This document shows positions 20,026 through 27,783 of a stretch of DNA of 44,405 bases, in pieces. The stretch comes from an archaeon. Lineage in GTDB: Archaea; Iainarchaeota; Iainarchaeia; Iainarchaeales; JAAZKV01. The DNA lies in contig JAVHOV010000016.1 of NCBI GenBank assembly GCA_036170245.1, forward strand, positions 1 through 44,405. Reading direction: 5' to 3'. Position 1 is the stretch's first letter; the number at the start of each line of letters is the position of its first letter. The notes under the pieces were generated by a model that was not told the DNA's origin, made no database searches, and was given only the letters and a program-made list of their open reading frames with translations. The position numbers and the translations under genes are program-made.

Positions 20026-21324
20026 TTAAAAGCACAATTTTGTGAAAGAAAACTCTTTGATTGTTTGTTGTTTTAAGCGATAATTATTTGCGTGCTTAAA
20101 ATGCCCCAAATAAGAACTAAAAGAAGAACGAAAAGCTTTATCTTCAAAAGAACCTTTCTCAAAGAAAAAAATCTTGCTTTCTTGAAGCTCTTTACTTGCC
20201 ATCAAAAGTTTATTTTTGAAATTATGTAAAACTCTCTTTCTGACAAAAACACTCCAAGGCTTAATAATATAACCCAAAAAATCAATACCATTAGATAGGG
20301 GCAAAAGATTTACTTTATTTTTTAAATTCAAGAGCAAATGAGTTTCAACAAAATCCTTAATCTTCCAAAACCAATTTAACAATTCTTCTTTAGATTCTGA
20401 GAGCAAAATAAAATCATCAACGTATCTGACATAGTATTTGCATTTTAATTTTTTTTTTACAAAATTATCCAATTCATTCAAATAGACGTTTGCAAAGAAT
20501 TGGCTCGTGTGATTACCAATTGGAAGCCCCTTACCCTTCTCAACATTAATTAAGGATTTATAATTTGGAACTAGTCCACTAATCTCTTTTGTAGATTTTT
20601 GGATAAAATTTGTTGCAGGATCATGAAAAATAAGTTTTTTTGTAATCCAAAGCAAATCTTTTTTAAAATAATTATCAAAAAAACTAAAGCTATTTACTTT
20701 ATTTTCAATTATAAAAAACAAAATCTGCTTATCAATACTCATAAAGAAGTTACTTATATCTAGTTGTAGAAAATATGCTCTCTTTCTTCCAGAATTACCC
20801 CCAATTATTTTTCTTGTATTTCTTTGTAAATGTTTTACTGCTTTATGAGTCCCTTTATTTTTTCTACAAGCAAAACTATCTTTAGAAAAACTTGGTTCAA
20901 AAATAGTTTCAAGTGCGCTTACGATTATATGATGAACTATTCTATCTCTAAAATCTGCCGCAAAAATTTCTCTCGGCTTTGGTTTTAAGACAGTAAAACA
21001 AACAGAACGCCTCGGCTCATAAGTCTTATTATTTAAAGAATAATACAATTCTTGCAAATTTTGTTCAAGGTTTTCCTCAAACTTTAAAGCATTAACTGTA
21101 TTACGCTTTCTTTTTCTACAACTAATATAATTATTGTAAATATTTTGAAAGCTAAATAGAGCCGAGGGCGTTTCTTTTTCAAAACGAACACAACGAGCCT
21201 GGTTGTTGTTGTCGTTGTCCTTATTGTCGTTGTTGATGTTACCATTGTCGGTATTCAAGTTGTACGCGTTGTTCGGGTACGCAGGCATACTCGTTGTGTG
21301 CGAACCATCCATAGCTAAAACCAT
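20026..21324 (-). CDS. DGR reverse transcriptase (N-terminus includes translated TR)
   Basis: [48 protein letters not shown] (DGR SQ motif), [15 protein letters not shown]. Confidence 0.95.
   Translation of the reverse strand: MVLAMDGSHTTSMPAYPNNAYNLNTDNGNINNDNKDNDNNNQARCVRFEKETPSALFSFQNIYNNYISCRKRKRNTVNALKFEENLEQNLQELYYSLNNKTYEPRRSVCFTVLKPKPREIFAADFRDRIVHHIIVSALETIFEPSFSKDSFACRKNKGTHKAVKHLQRNTRKIIGGNSGRKRAYFLQLDISNFFMSIDKQILFFIIENKVNSFSFFDNYFKKDLLWITKKLIFHDPATNFIQKSTKEISGLVPNYKSLINVEKGKGLPIGNHTSQFFANVYLNELDNFVKKKLKCKYYVRYVDDFILLSESKEELLNWFWKIKDFVETHLLLNLKNKVNLLPLSNGIDFLGYIIKPWSVFVRKRVLHNFKNKLLMASKELQESKIFFFEKGSFEDKAFRSSFSSYLGHFKHANNYRLKQQTIKEFSFTKLCF
21176..21296 (-). repeat. DGR template repeat (TR)
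   Basis: 121 nt, 13 AAY codons; aligns with 22001-22118. Confidence 0.95.
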
Positions 21325-21490
21325 ACAGCCCTAGCAGTTTTTTTCACCACTTGGGTTGTTCGCATCAAAAAGAAACCTGCTATTAACGCTTCCTCGCCAA
21401 GGCAAAGAATTCTGAGCCGTTCTGTTACTATTTGCCTCACTAACTTTGTTAATGAGCATAAAAATTTTTGAAAACATATTTAACCACCTA

Positions 21491-21838
21491 TTAATATTTT
21501 TGACTATTTAACCACGCTTGAGACTGTTTAGCTAAATCAACTACTAAACCAGAAGAATACTCATAAGAAGAAAACTTTTTAAAAACACCAACTTCCCTAC
21601 ACAAACGAACAACTAGCTTCAATTCCTCTACTAGCGCAACCAACTCTTGCAAAGCATTCCTTTTTTCAGGCAAAGAATTCGCACGCATTATTTGACAAGC
21701 TATTCCTCTACTTTTATTCCTTAAATCAGTTCCAAGAACATATTTATCATATCTTGAAAAACCCTTTACTAACTTTTCAAAATAAACACACAAATCAAAA
21801 GCCTTCTTATAAATCGGCAAATAATCATACTGAGCCAT
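21491..21838 (-). CDS. avd: Accessory variability determinant (Avd-like four-helix bundle)
   Basis: YLPIYKKAFDL...F.RYDKY.LG.DLR...LAKQ..AW; RBS GTGGTG before ATG 21838; lies between target and TR. Confidence 0.85.
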   Translation of the reverse strand: MAQYDYLPIYKKAFDLCVYFEKLVKGFSRYDKYVLGTDLRNKSRGIACQIMRANSLPEKRNALQELVALVEELKLVVRLCREVGVFKKFSSYEYSSGLVVDLAKQSQAWLNSQKY

Positions 21839-21966
21839 AAAAAACACCACTTTAAAATTTTTTTCGTGCTCCCTCAAAGGGAGCACTTATTCTTCTCTCA
21901 CTTCACGCATAATTCCTTAACGACGAATAATCAAACACCCCAAAACACATTGGTTTTGGGTATCTC

Positions 21967-21985
21967 GCAAATGCTTTGCATTTGC
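21967..21985 (-). promoter_or_regulatory. DGR target-recognition hairpin downstream of VR
   Basis: GCAAATGC-ttt-GCATTTGC perfect 8-bp stem 11 nt past the target stop codon. Confidence 0.75.
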
Positions 21986-21996
21986 TCAATCACCAA

Positions 21997-23029
21997 CTAA
22001 TTTTCAAAACGAACACAACGAGCCTGGAAGACGCCGTAGTCCTTATCGCCGAAGCCGATGCCACCATAGCTGGTATCCAAGTAGTACGCGTAGTTCGGGT
22101 ACGCAGGCATACTCGTTGAACTCCAGTAATAATTACATCCAATAAACATAGAATTACAAGTCCCAGTCGAATAATCATAAATTGCATTAATTTCATTCAC
22201 AGTAGGCAACCTCCAACCACTACCAGGAAGACTCGGCGTATTATTATTACAATAATCTAAACTAGACTGCCAAGTAATATTAATACCTTTATCAGCTTTC
22301 TGCCACATCAAACCAGAATTCAAATCACTAACAGTACCATTAGAATTGTCTCTCCAAACGTGCTTATAATCTGCACCATAAATTTCCCCATCTTCACCAG
22401 TCCCAATACAACTTCTTGAACTTCCACTTACCTCATAACAAGTTGTTTGTCCACTTCCAAGACCATAATACATCGGAACAGGATCAGCGCAACTCGGGCA
22501 CTGACTAGCTAACAAAGTTGCGTTAACCACATAAGGAGAACAATCAAACATCACCTTAGCAGGATACTTTTCAGTCTTACTCAAACCATCCCGAGTAACA
22601 TACGTAACCGTCACATCCTGAGAAACAACTTTCCCCTCAACACAAACAGCACTCGTATCAACCCTAAAAAACTTATTACTACCCTGCGCCAAATCCTCAG
22701 AAAAAGAAACATTACTATCACCCACACTAACATTAGAAACAGTAATAACATCCCCACTATTATTCAACAAACGAACAACAAAATTACCATCACTAGGATC
22801 AACCAAAGACTCAGTAACACCAATAACCTGACTTTTCAAACCCAACTGATTACCAGAAGAAGAAACTTGCGAACTATTATCAATTTGAGTAATAATCAAA
22901 CCAACAACAATCAAACCAATAACAACAACAACCGCAATAATAACCAAATACTCAATAGTACCCTGCGCTCTAGAATAAGAAACTAATTTACTATTCTCTC
23001 TCTCTCTCTCTCTCTCTCTGCGAATTCAT
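21997..23029 (-). CDS. DGR target: class III signal peptide (pilin-like) protein with C-terminal DUF1566/Lcl C-type lectin-fold domain; frameshifted at (GA)12 in this assembly
   Basis: RAQGTIEYLVIIAVVVVIG upstream of the listed ORF start; GQTTCY, DN.NGTV.D..SGLMWQ, WRLPT..E, YWSST, ARCVR; ATG 23029 with RBS GGAGTGG. Confidence 0.88.
22001..22118 (-). repeat. DGR variable repeat (VR)
   Basis: 20 substitutions vs TR by manual alignment, 19 at TR adenines, plus one codon deletion; encodes the target's C-terminus. Confidence 0.95.
22995..23019 (-). repeat. (GA)12 dinucleotide microsatellite
   Basis: tctctc run directly after the 5' codons ATG AAT TCG of the target. Confidence 0.95.
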
Positions 23030-23059
23030 ATTTTCCACTCCTTGAAGTTTGACTAAACA

Positions 23060-23282
23060 TACCAGTAACAAAGAACCAAACTTATATATAAATATTCTAT
23101 AATTTGCTGTGAATGCTCCATCCTTACGATGTCTACCGGCAGAATAATTTTTGTTTATGTTGCCTGTAGTCAATATTCCTATAGAATCCAAAAGCCGTTC
23201 TAACTCTTTTAAATCTTGCAATTCTTTTTACTGACAATATTTCCTCTTTTGAGGGTTTATTGAAATTATTTGAAAAATACAT
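23060..23282 (-). pseudogene. Probable LAGLIDADG homing endonuclease remnant
   Basis: LKELERLLDSIGI.TT...RKDG.FTANYRIFI resembles the second half of a LAGLIDADG domain; truncated and out of frame with ATG 23282. Confidence 0.5.
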
Positions 23283-23286
23283 TCAA

Positions 23287-23443
23287 GCCACCTCCGCAAA
23301 AAATGAATTTTTTCATAGACGGCTCTGCTGCTTTTGGAGACATTAAACCCTTTAGCCAACAGGCGACCCCGCTAAACGCGGGGTAAAGGTTTAAGTCGAG
23401 AAAAGCAGAGTCTAAAGAAAAAATTCACCAAAGAGGAGGTGGC
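23287..23443. ncRNA. 157-nt long imperfect hairpin (structured RNA or MITE-like element)
   Basis: Nested pairs GCCACCTCC/GGAGGTGGC, TGAATTTTTTC/GAAAAAATTCA, TAGAC/GTCTA, CTGCTTTT/AAAAGCAG, TTAAACC/GGTTTAA, CCCCGC/GCGGGG. Confidence 0.6.
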
Positions 23444-23476
23444 AATGTTTTGAAAAATACAATACTAGAAAAAAGA

Positions 23477-23851
23477 TTAAGCAGTTGTTTGAGAAAGTTT
23501 GAACAAAGAATCTTTTTCAGAAACTTTTTCTGCATTCTTATCCCCAGTCTTTGTAATTATTTTGTGCTCAGGAGTAAAAGTAGCTTTCTTTTCACCAATA
23601 GAAAGTTCAACAACTTCCCCTTCATAAGGATGTCTGTTTAAAGAATAAATTCTTGAAGGAATTATTTTTTCATCTTTCATTCCAAGCACATAAACAATTT
23701 CTTTTTTAGGTAAAACCATTGCTTCATATCCTTTTTCGTGTTTCTCAACTAGATCAGGATATTTTTTTGACATTGTTGCCCAAAGTTTTCCATAAGAAAT
23801 TTCTTTCCAAACACCCTTTAGACAAACAACGAACGAATCTTCGTCAATTGA
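23477..23851 (-). other. N-terminal half of split intein (IntN, about 124 aa; blocks A and B)
   Basis: SIDEDSFVV block A after HDPLQS; YEGEVVEL......TFTPEHKI block B; ends at stop 23477. Confidence 0.88.
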
Positions 23852-24547
23852 CGATTGCAAGGGGTCGTGACGAACATCACCAAGTAAAGCACCAGCTCTA
23901 CTCCCTGTTGCTTCAAAGAAAGGAGCAATCTTTTTTCCTAAATTATTAACTAACAATTTTGGAGTAACGTTAGAATCCTTACTGCGCATCTGCCCGCCTA
24001 AAGCAACTCCAATTAATAAAAATCCACCAACAACAATTAATGCTGCATAAACAACATCAGGGTACCATTTCAATTGCCATAGTAAAGTTGAAAGAACCAT
24101 CCAGCCAATCGGAAGCAAAAGAGAAACAAGTCTCATTGAGTCATCCTGTTTTGCAGTTTCAAAGTGAGCTGCTTCAATAATTCTTTTTCCTTCCCCAGCT
24201 TTTACTACTCTAACTCGTGGATTATTTGGGTCCTCTGAATTAGGGTAAATCAAAATATCCTGCAACTGAGAAACTGGTAAAATTTCACTCATTGCTTGAG
24301 CTAATAAAGATTTTCCTGTCCCTGGAACACCCACAAGCAAAACATTTCTTTTCTGTGCAGCAGCTTTTCTAATAATTTCAACACTTTTCTCTTGACCAAT
24401 TACTTGCTCAATCAAAGAAGAAGGAACTGCAATTTCAGAAGTATTTGTAAAACTAGTTAAATCAAAATCTTTAACGTTTGCAACAACACCTTGAATGGGA
24501 GCATCAAGTTTTTTTACAGAATGAGCTTTTTTCTTTTTTGCACTCAT
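23477..24547 (-). CDS. lonB: N-terminal half of LonB protease fused to N-intein
   Basis: QVIGQE, Walker A GVPGTGKS, two TM helices, PKLLV.N, GALLGDVRHDPLQ. Confidence 0.92.
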   Translation of the reverse strand: MSAKKKKAHSVKKLDAPIQGVVANVKDFDLTSFTNTSEIAVPSSLIEQVIGQEKSVEIIRKAAAQKRNVLLVGVPGTGKSLLAQAMSEILPVSQLQDILIYPNSEDPNNPRVRVVKAGEGKRIIEAAHFETAKQDDSMRLVSLLLPIGWMVLSTLLWQLKWYPDVVYAALIVVGGFLLIGVALGGQMRSKDSNVTPKLLVNNLGKKIAPFFEATGSRAGALLGDVRHDPLQSSIDEDSFVVCLKGVWKEISYGKLWATMSKKYPDLVEKHEKGYEAMVLPKKEIVYVLGMKDEKIIPSRIYSLNRHPYEGEVVELSIGEKKATFTPEHKIITKTGDKNAEKVSEKDSLFKLSQTTA

Positions 24548-24666
24548 GCACATAGTCTGGTGGAGAAGGTTAAAAAAGGTATTTGGGAGAAAAAAATATG
24601 TTCAAAAGGCCAAAAAATAAAACTTAAACAAGTAAGTTTTAAAATAACAACGCCCCACTATAGTGG

Positions 24667-25386
24667 ATGCCAAAATTTGAAAGAGTCAGAGTAGGTCACC
24701 AACGCGGATTTATACCAAAAAGAGCGGAATCAAAGGGACTTACACGAGTAGTAAGAAACCCAAAAATAAAAAACCTTCCAAGAGGAGCATTTACTCTATT
24801 TGGAAAACCATCAAGAGTATTTCACGTCACAACAAGTTATCCAAAAGTTATTACAAACCAGCATCAAATGGATGCTTGGGATAAAAAAGCCCCAAAAGGA
24901 AAAAGAAAAGACAAACGCAAAAATAAACCAACTGCAAAAATAATTATACGCACTCACAACAAAGAATATGCTCAAAAGATACAAGCACAAGACAAACTCA
25001 GAAAAGAAAATGCTTATTTAACAATAAATTTGAGGTGGAAAATACTTAAATATTTCAAAGAGAAAAAGGCATTGGACAGAACACAAATTGATGCATTAAA
25101 GAAAATGATAATGGAATGGGTTGAACAAGCCAACAAAATATTTCCCGGAGAAGAATTTTTCCTAAAGAAACCTATTACAAACCCAGCAAGAAAACTTGCT
25201 GAAAACAGAATCAAATTCATTAACAAAAATCGAGATGAAATAGGAGGATATTTATGGCATCTGCCTATAAACAGAGATGAATACTGGGAGCTACAAAAAG
25301 AACTGTTCAAATACAATCCGCCCAAGGCAAGAACGGATATTATCCCTAAAAGAATTAAGGAACTGCTAAACCCAAAGTCTCATTGA
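24667..25386 (+). CDS. Basic hypothetical protein
   Basis: 239-aa Lys/Arg-rich ORF. Confidence 0.65.
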   Translation: MPKFERVRVGHQRGFIPKRAESKGLTRVVRNPKIKNLPRGAFTLFGKPSRVFHVTTSYPKVITNQHQMDAWDKKAPKGKRKDKRKNKPTAKIIIRTHNKEYAQKIQAQDKLRKENAYLTINLRWKILKYFKEKKALDRTQIDALKKMIMEWVEQANKIFPGEEFFLKKPITNPARKLAENRIKFINKNRDEIGGYLWHLPINRDEYWELQKELFKYNPPKARTDIIPKRIKELLNPKSH

Positions 25387-25422
25387 AAGGTTTTAAAAAC
25401 ATGAACAAATAGTGAATAAGTT

Positions 25423-26331
25423 ATGGAACCAATCAAAGCAACATTTTTAGGAACAAGCGGAAGCGTGCCACAAAAAGACAAGAACTTCGCCTCAATGGTA
25501 CTATCATTTCGAGGGGATACTTTACTATTTGATTGTCCTGAAGGAACACAAAGACAATTAATGAACTCTGAACACTCACTAATGAGCATAAATAATGTTT
25601 TTATTTCACACATGCACGCAGATCACTTTTTAGGATTGTTCGGCTGGATAAGCACAATGACACTAAATCAGAGAAAAGAAAAATTAACTATTTTTGCTCC
25701 AAAAGGAGGAAAAGAAAAAATACAAAAAATAATGAGAGAAGTTATTTATCCTTCATTTCCAATTGAATTTAAGGAAACAAAAAAAGGAACACTAATTAGA
25801 AACGAAATATTTGAAATACGAGCGTATCCATTAAAACATGAAATTCCTTGCTTTGGATTTGTATTCAAGGAAAATGATAAAAAGGGAGAATTCAATAGAG
25901 ACAAAGCAATTAAACTTGGAATTCCAGTTGGACCAATGTTTGCAAAGCTTGCCAACGGAGAAAAAGTAAAAATCAACGGCAAAACATTTACAGAAAAAGA
26001 TGTAATGGATTACAAGAAAGGAAGAATAGGAAGAAAAGTTGTTTTTGTATCAGACACTTTGCCAATCAAAGAAACTATTACAGAAGCTAAGGGAGCAGTT
26101 CTCTTGGTTCATGAAGCAACATTCTTAGACAAACAAAAAGATAAAGCAAAAGAAGCACTACATTCTACTGCTCTGCAGGCAGCACAAATTGCAAAAAAAG
26201 CAAATGTAAAAAAACTTGCATTATTTCACTTCAGCGCAAGAAACACAGAAGGAAGCGAAATACTTATTGAAGCACAAAAAGAATTCACTAGTACTATTAT
26301 CCCTAAAGAACTTGAAACAATAATTATTTAA
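25423..26331 (+). CDS. rnz: Ribonuclease Z
   Basis: FLGTSGSVP, DC.EGTQRQ, SHMHADH, GIPVGP exosite, HEATF, HST. Confidence 0.95.
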   Translation: MEPIKATFLGTSGSVPQKDKNFASMVLSFRGDTLLFDCPEGTQRQLMNSEHSLMSINNVFISHMHADHFLGLFGWISTMTLNQRKEKLTIFAPKGGKEKIQKIMREVIYPSFPIEFKETKKGTLIRNEIFEIRAYPLKHEIPCFGFVFKENDKKGEFNRDKAIKLGIPVGPMFAKLANGEKVKINGKTFTEKDVMDYKKGRIGRKVVFVSDTLPIKETITEAKGAVLLVHEATFLDKQKDKAKEALHSTALQAAQIAKKANVKKLALFHFSARNTEGSEILIEAQKEFTSTIIPKELETIII

Positions 26332-26344
26332 GAAATTTAATTAT

Positions 26345-26860
26345 TCAAACTTTAGTTGCGCCACGCACAACATCCATTAATTCCTTTTCTTTCTTAATTA
26401 AAGCATATTCTTTTTCCTGAACCAGTTTATCAAAAACATTTTGCTTTATTTCATGCTTGAAAAGTTTTCCTTCAATTAAAGCAAGTTCTTCTCTAATTAA
26501 TTCAGTTTCAGACAAAATCTTTTCAACCAACTGTCTTCTGTGTTTTGTCGGTTTATCAAGTTTAGACATTATTTCATCAGTTTTAGTTTTAACAGAAGCA
26601 GAACTTTCCTTCTTTAGTCTAAATAACATTAATTCAGTTGAATAAAGCTCGCTTTCAAGATCATCCTGAATCAGTTCAAAAACATTATTTTTAATCTTGC
26701 CTTGCATAAACCTTCTTTTTGCAATTGCAATTTGTTGATTTAATGAAGATACTCTTTCATTTAAGGAAGTAATATTTCTTTTATCCTGCCAAGTGGACAA
26801 TCCAATTAAAATAACAAAAACAAGCAAAACTAAAAACAAAAAAGCCAACACTTCAAGCAT
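26345..26860 (-). CDS. Hypothetical membrane-anchored coiled-coil protein
   Basis: N-terminal TM; internal duplication (RFMQGKIKNNVF / KLFKHEIKQNVF). Confidence 0.6.
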   Translation of the reverse strand: MLEVLAFLFLVLLVFVILIGLSTWQDKRNITSLNERVSSLNQQIAIAKRRFMQGKIKNNVFELIQDDLESELYSTELMLFRLKKESSASVKTKTDEIMSKLDKPTKHRRQLVEKILSETELIREELALIEGKLFKHEIKQNVFDKLVQEKEYALIKKEKELMDVVRGATKV

Positions 26861-26936
26861 AACTAGAGAACAACATCTCTAATTAAATTACTTTCCATAC
26901 ACATAAAATTAACTGAGTTTAACAGGGGGAATAGAT

Positions 26937-27572
26937 ATGAGCACAGAACATAAACTAAAAAGCAGACCTTATACTGATGAAGAAGCAAAAAAACTTCTTG
27001 CTAGTGTAATGAGTGCAGAAACAACTGATTGGCACTTTAACACGCACCACAAGGGATACATTACAAAGAGAAATGAAATCGAAAAAAAACTTGAAGAAAA
27101 AGGAGCGGAACTTAGAATTAGTGCTAATGCAAATTATTCTGAATTTGGAGAACTTAAACGAAGAGAAACCTTCAATGCTAATGGAAGCATTCTGCATGAC
27201 ATATTCTGGGAAAACTTAGGTGGAGACGGAAATATCGAAAATGCACCTACACTTTTAGCAAAAATAAAACAGGATTTTGGAAATGTTGAAAACTTCAAAC
27301 TTGATTTGACTGCAACCGCATTAAGCGCAAAGAACTCAGGTTGGGCAGTCTTAGTAATTGATGAAATGAGCGACGGAAAACTAAGAAACCTGCTTGTTGA
27401 TGAACACGGAATAGGTGCAATTTGGGGAGCTAAACCCTTAATCGCACTTGATGTTTATGAACATGCATACTACCACAAAGACGGACCAAAAAGAGCAATA
27501 TACATTGAAAACTTTATTAAAAATCTGAACTGGAAAAGAATTGAAGCGAGATTTGAAAAATATACAAGGTAA
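26937..27572 (+). CDS. sod: Fe/Mn superoxide dismutase
   Basis: H...HHKGY, NGSILHDIFW, SGWA, DVYEHAYY. Confidence 0.93.
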   Translation: MSTEHKLKSRPYTDEEAKKLLASVMSAETTDWHFNTHHKGYITKRNEIEKKLEEKGAELRISANANYSEFGELKRRETFNANGSILHDIFWENLGGDGNIENAPTLLAKIKQDFGNVENFKLDLTATALSAKNSGWAVLVIDEMSDGKLRNLLVDEHGIGAIWGAKPLIALDVYEHAYYHKDGPKRAIYIENFIKNLNWKRIEARFEKYTR

Positions 27573-27783
27573 AAAATTTAATCGCAAAAATAGAGAAGTT
27601 AATTTCTTAAAAAAGTTAACTTCTTTTCTTATTTTTTAAAAATTAGTTTCTTGGTTTGAAATATTTATCATATTCTCTATTATCATGTTCAATCTGATTG
27701 AACCCAATTTTAAATAAAAGAACTAAAAGAACAATTACCAAAAAAACAAACAATAATTCCAAAATCAAACCCATCACCAGATT

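Larger units (their letters stand above)
20026..23029 (-). mobile_element. Diversity-generating retroelement cassette (target-VR, hairpins, avd, TR, RT)
   Basis: All canonical components co-oriented; TR/VR differ almost only at TR adenines. Confidence 0.95.

Noticed and set aside
20026..21324. Group II intron or retron interrupting lonB
   Set aside because: RT has the DGR SQ motif, Avd and a TR/VR pair; no intron domain V or maturase/endonuclease domain seen; the Lon break is bounded by intein motifs
21990..22196. 68-aa alternative-frame ORF over the VR
   Set aside because: Shadow frame of the target gene with no independent evidence
23287..23443. SRP RNA or tRNA identity for the long hairpin
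   Set aside because: No SRP helix-8 motif with GNRA loop and no cloverleaf or T-loop consensus
18407..24547. lonB as a simple insertion-inactivated pseudogene
   Set aside because: Both halves are open with all catalytic and splicing residues retained; not excluded, but less parsimonious
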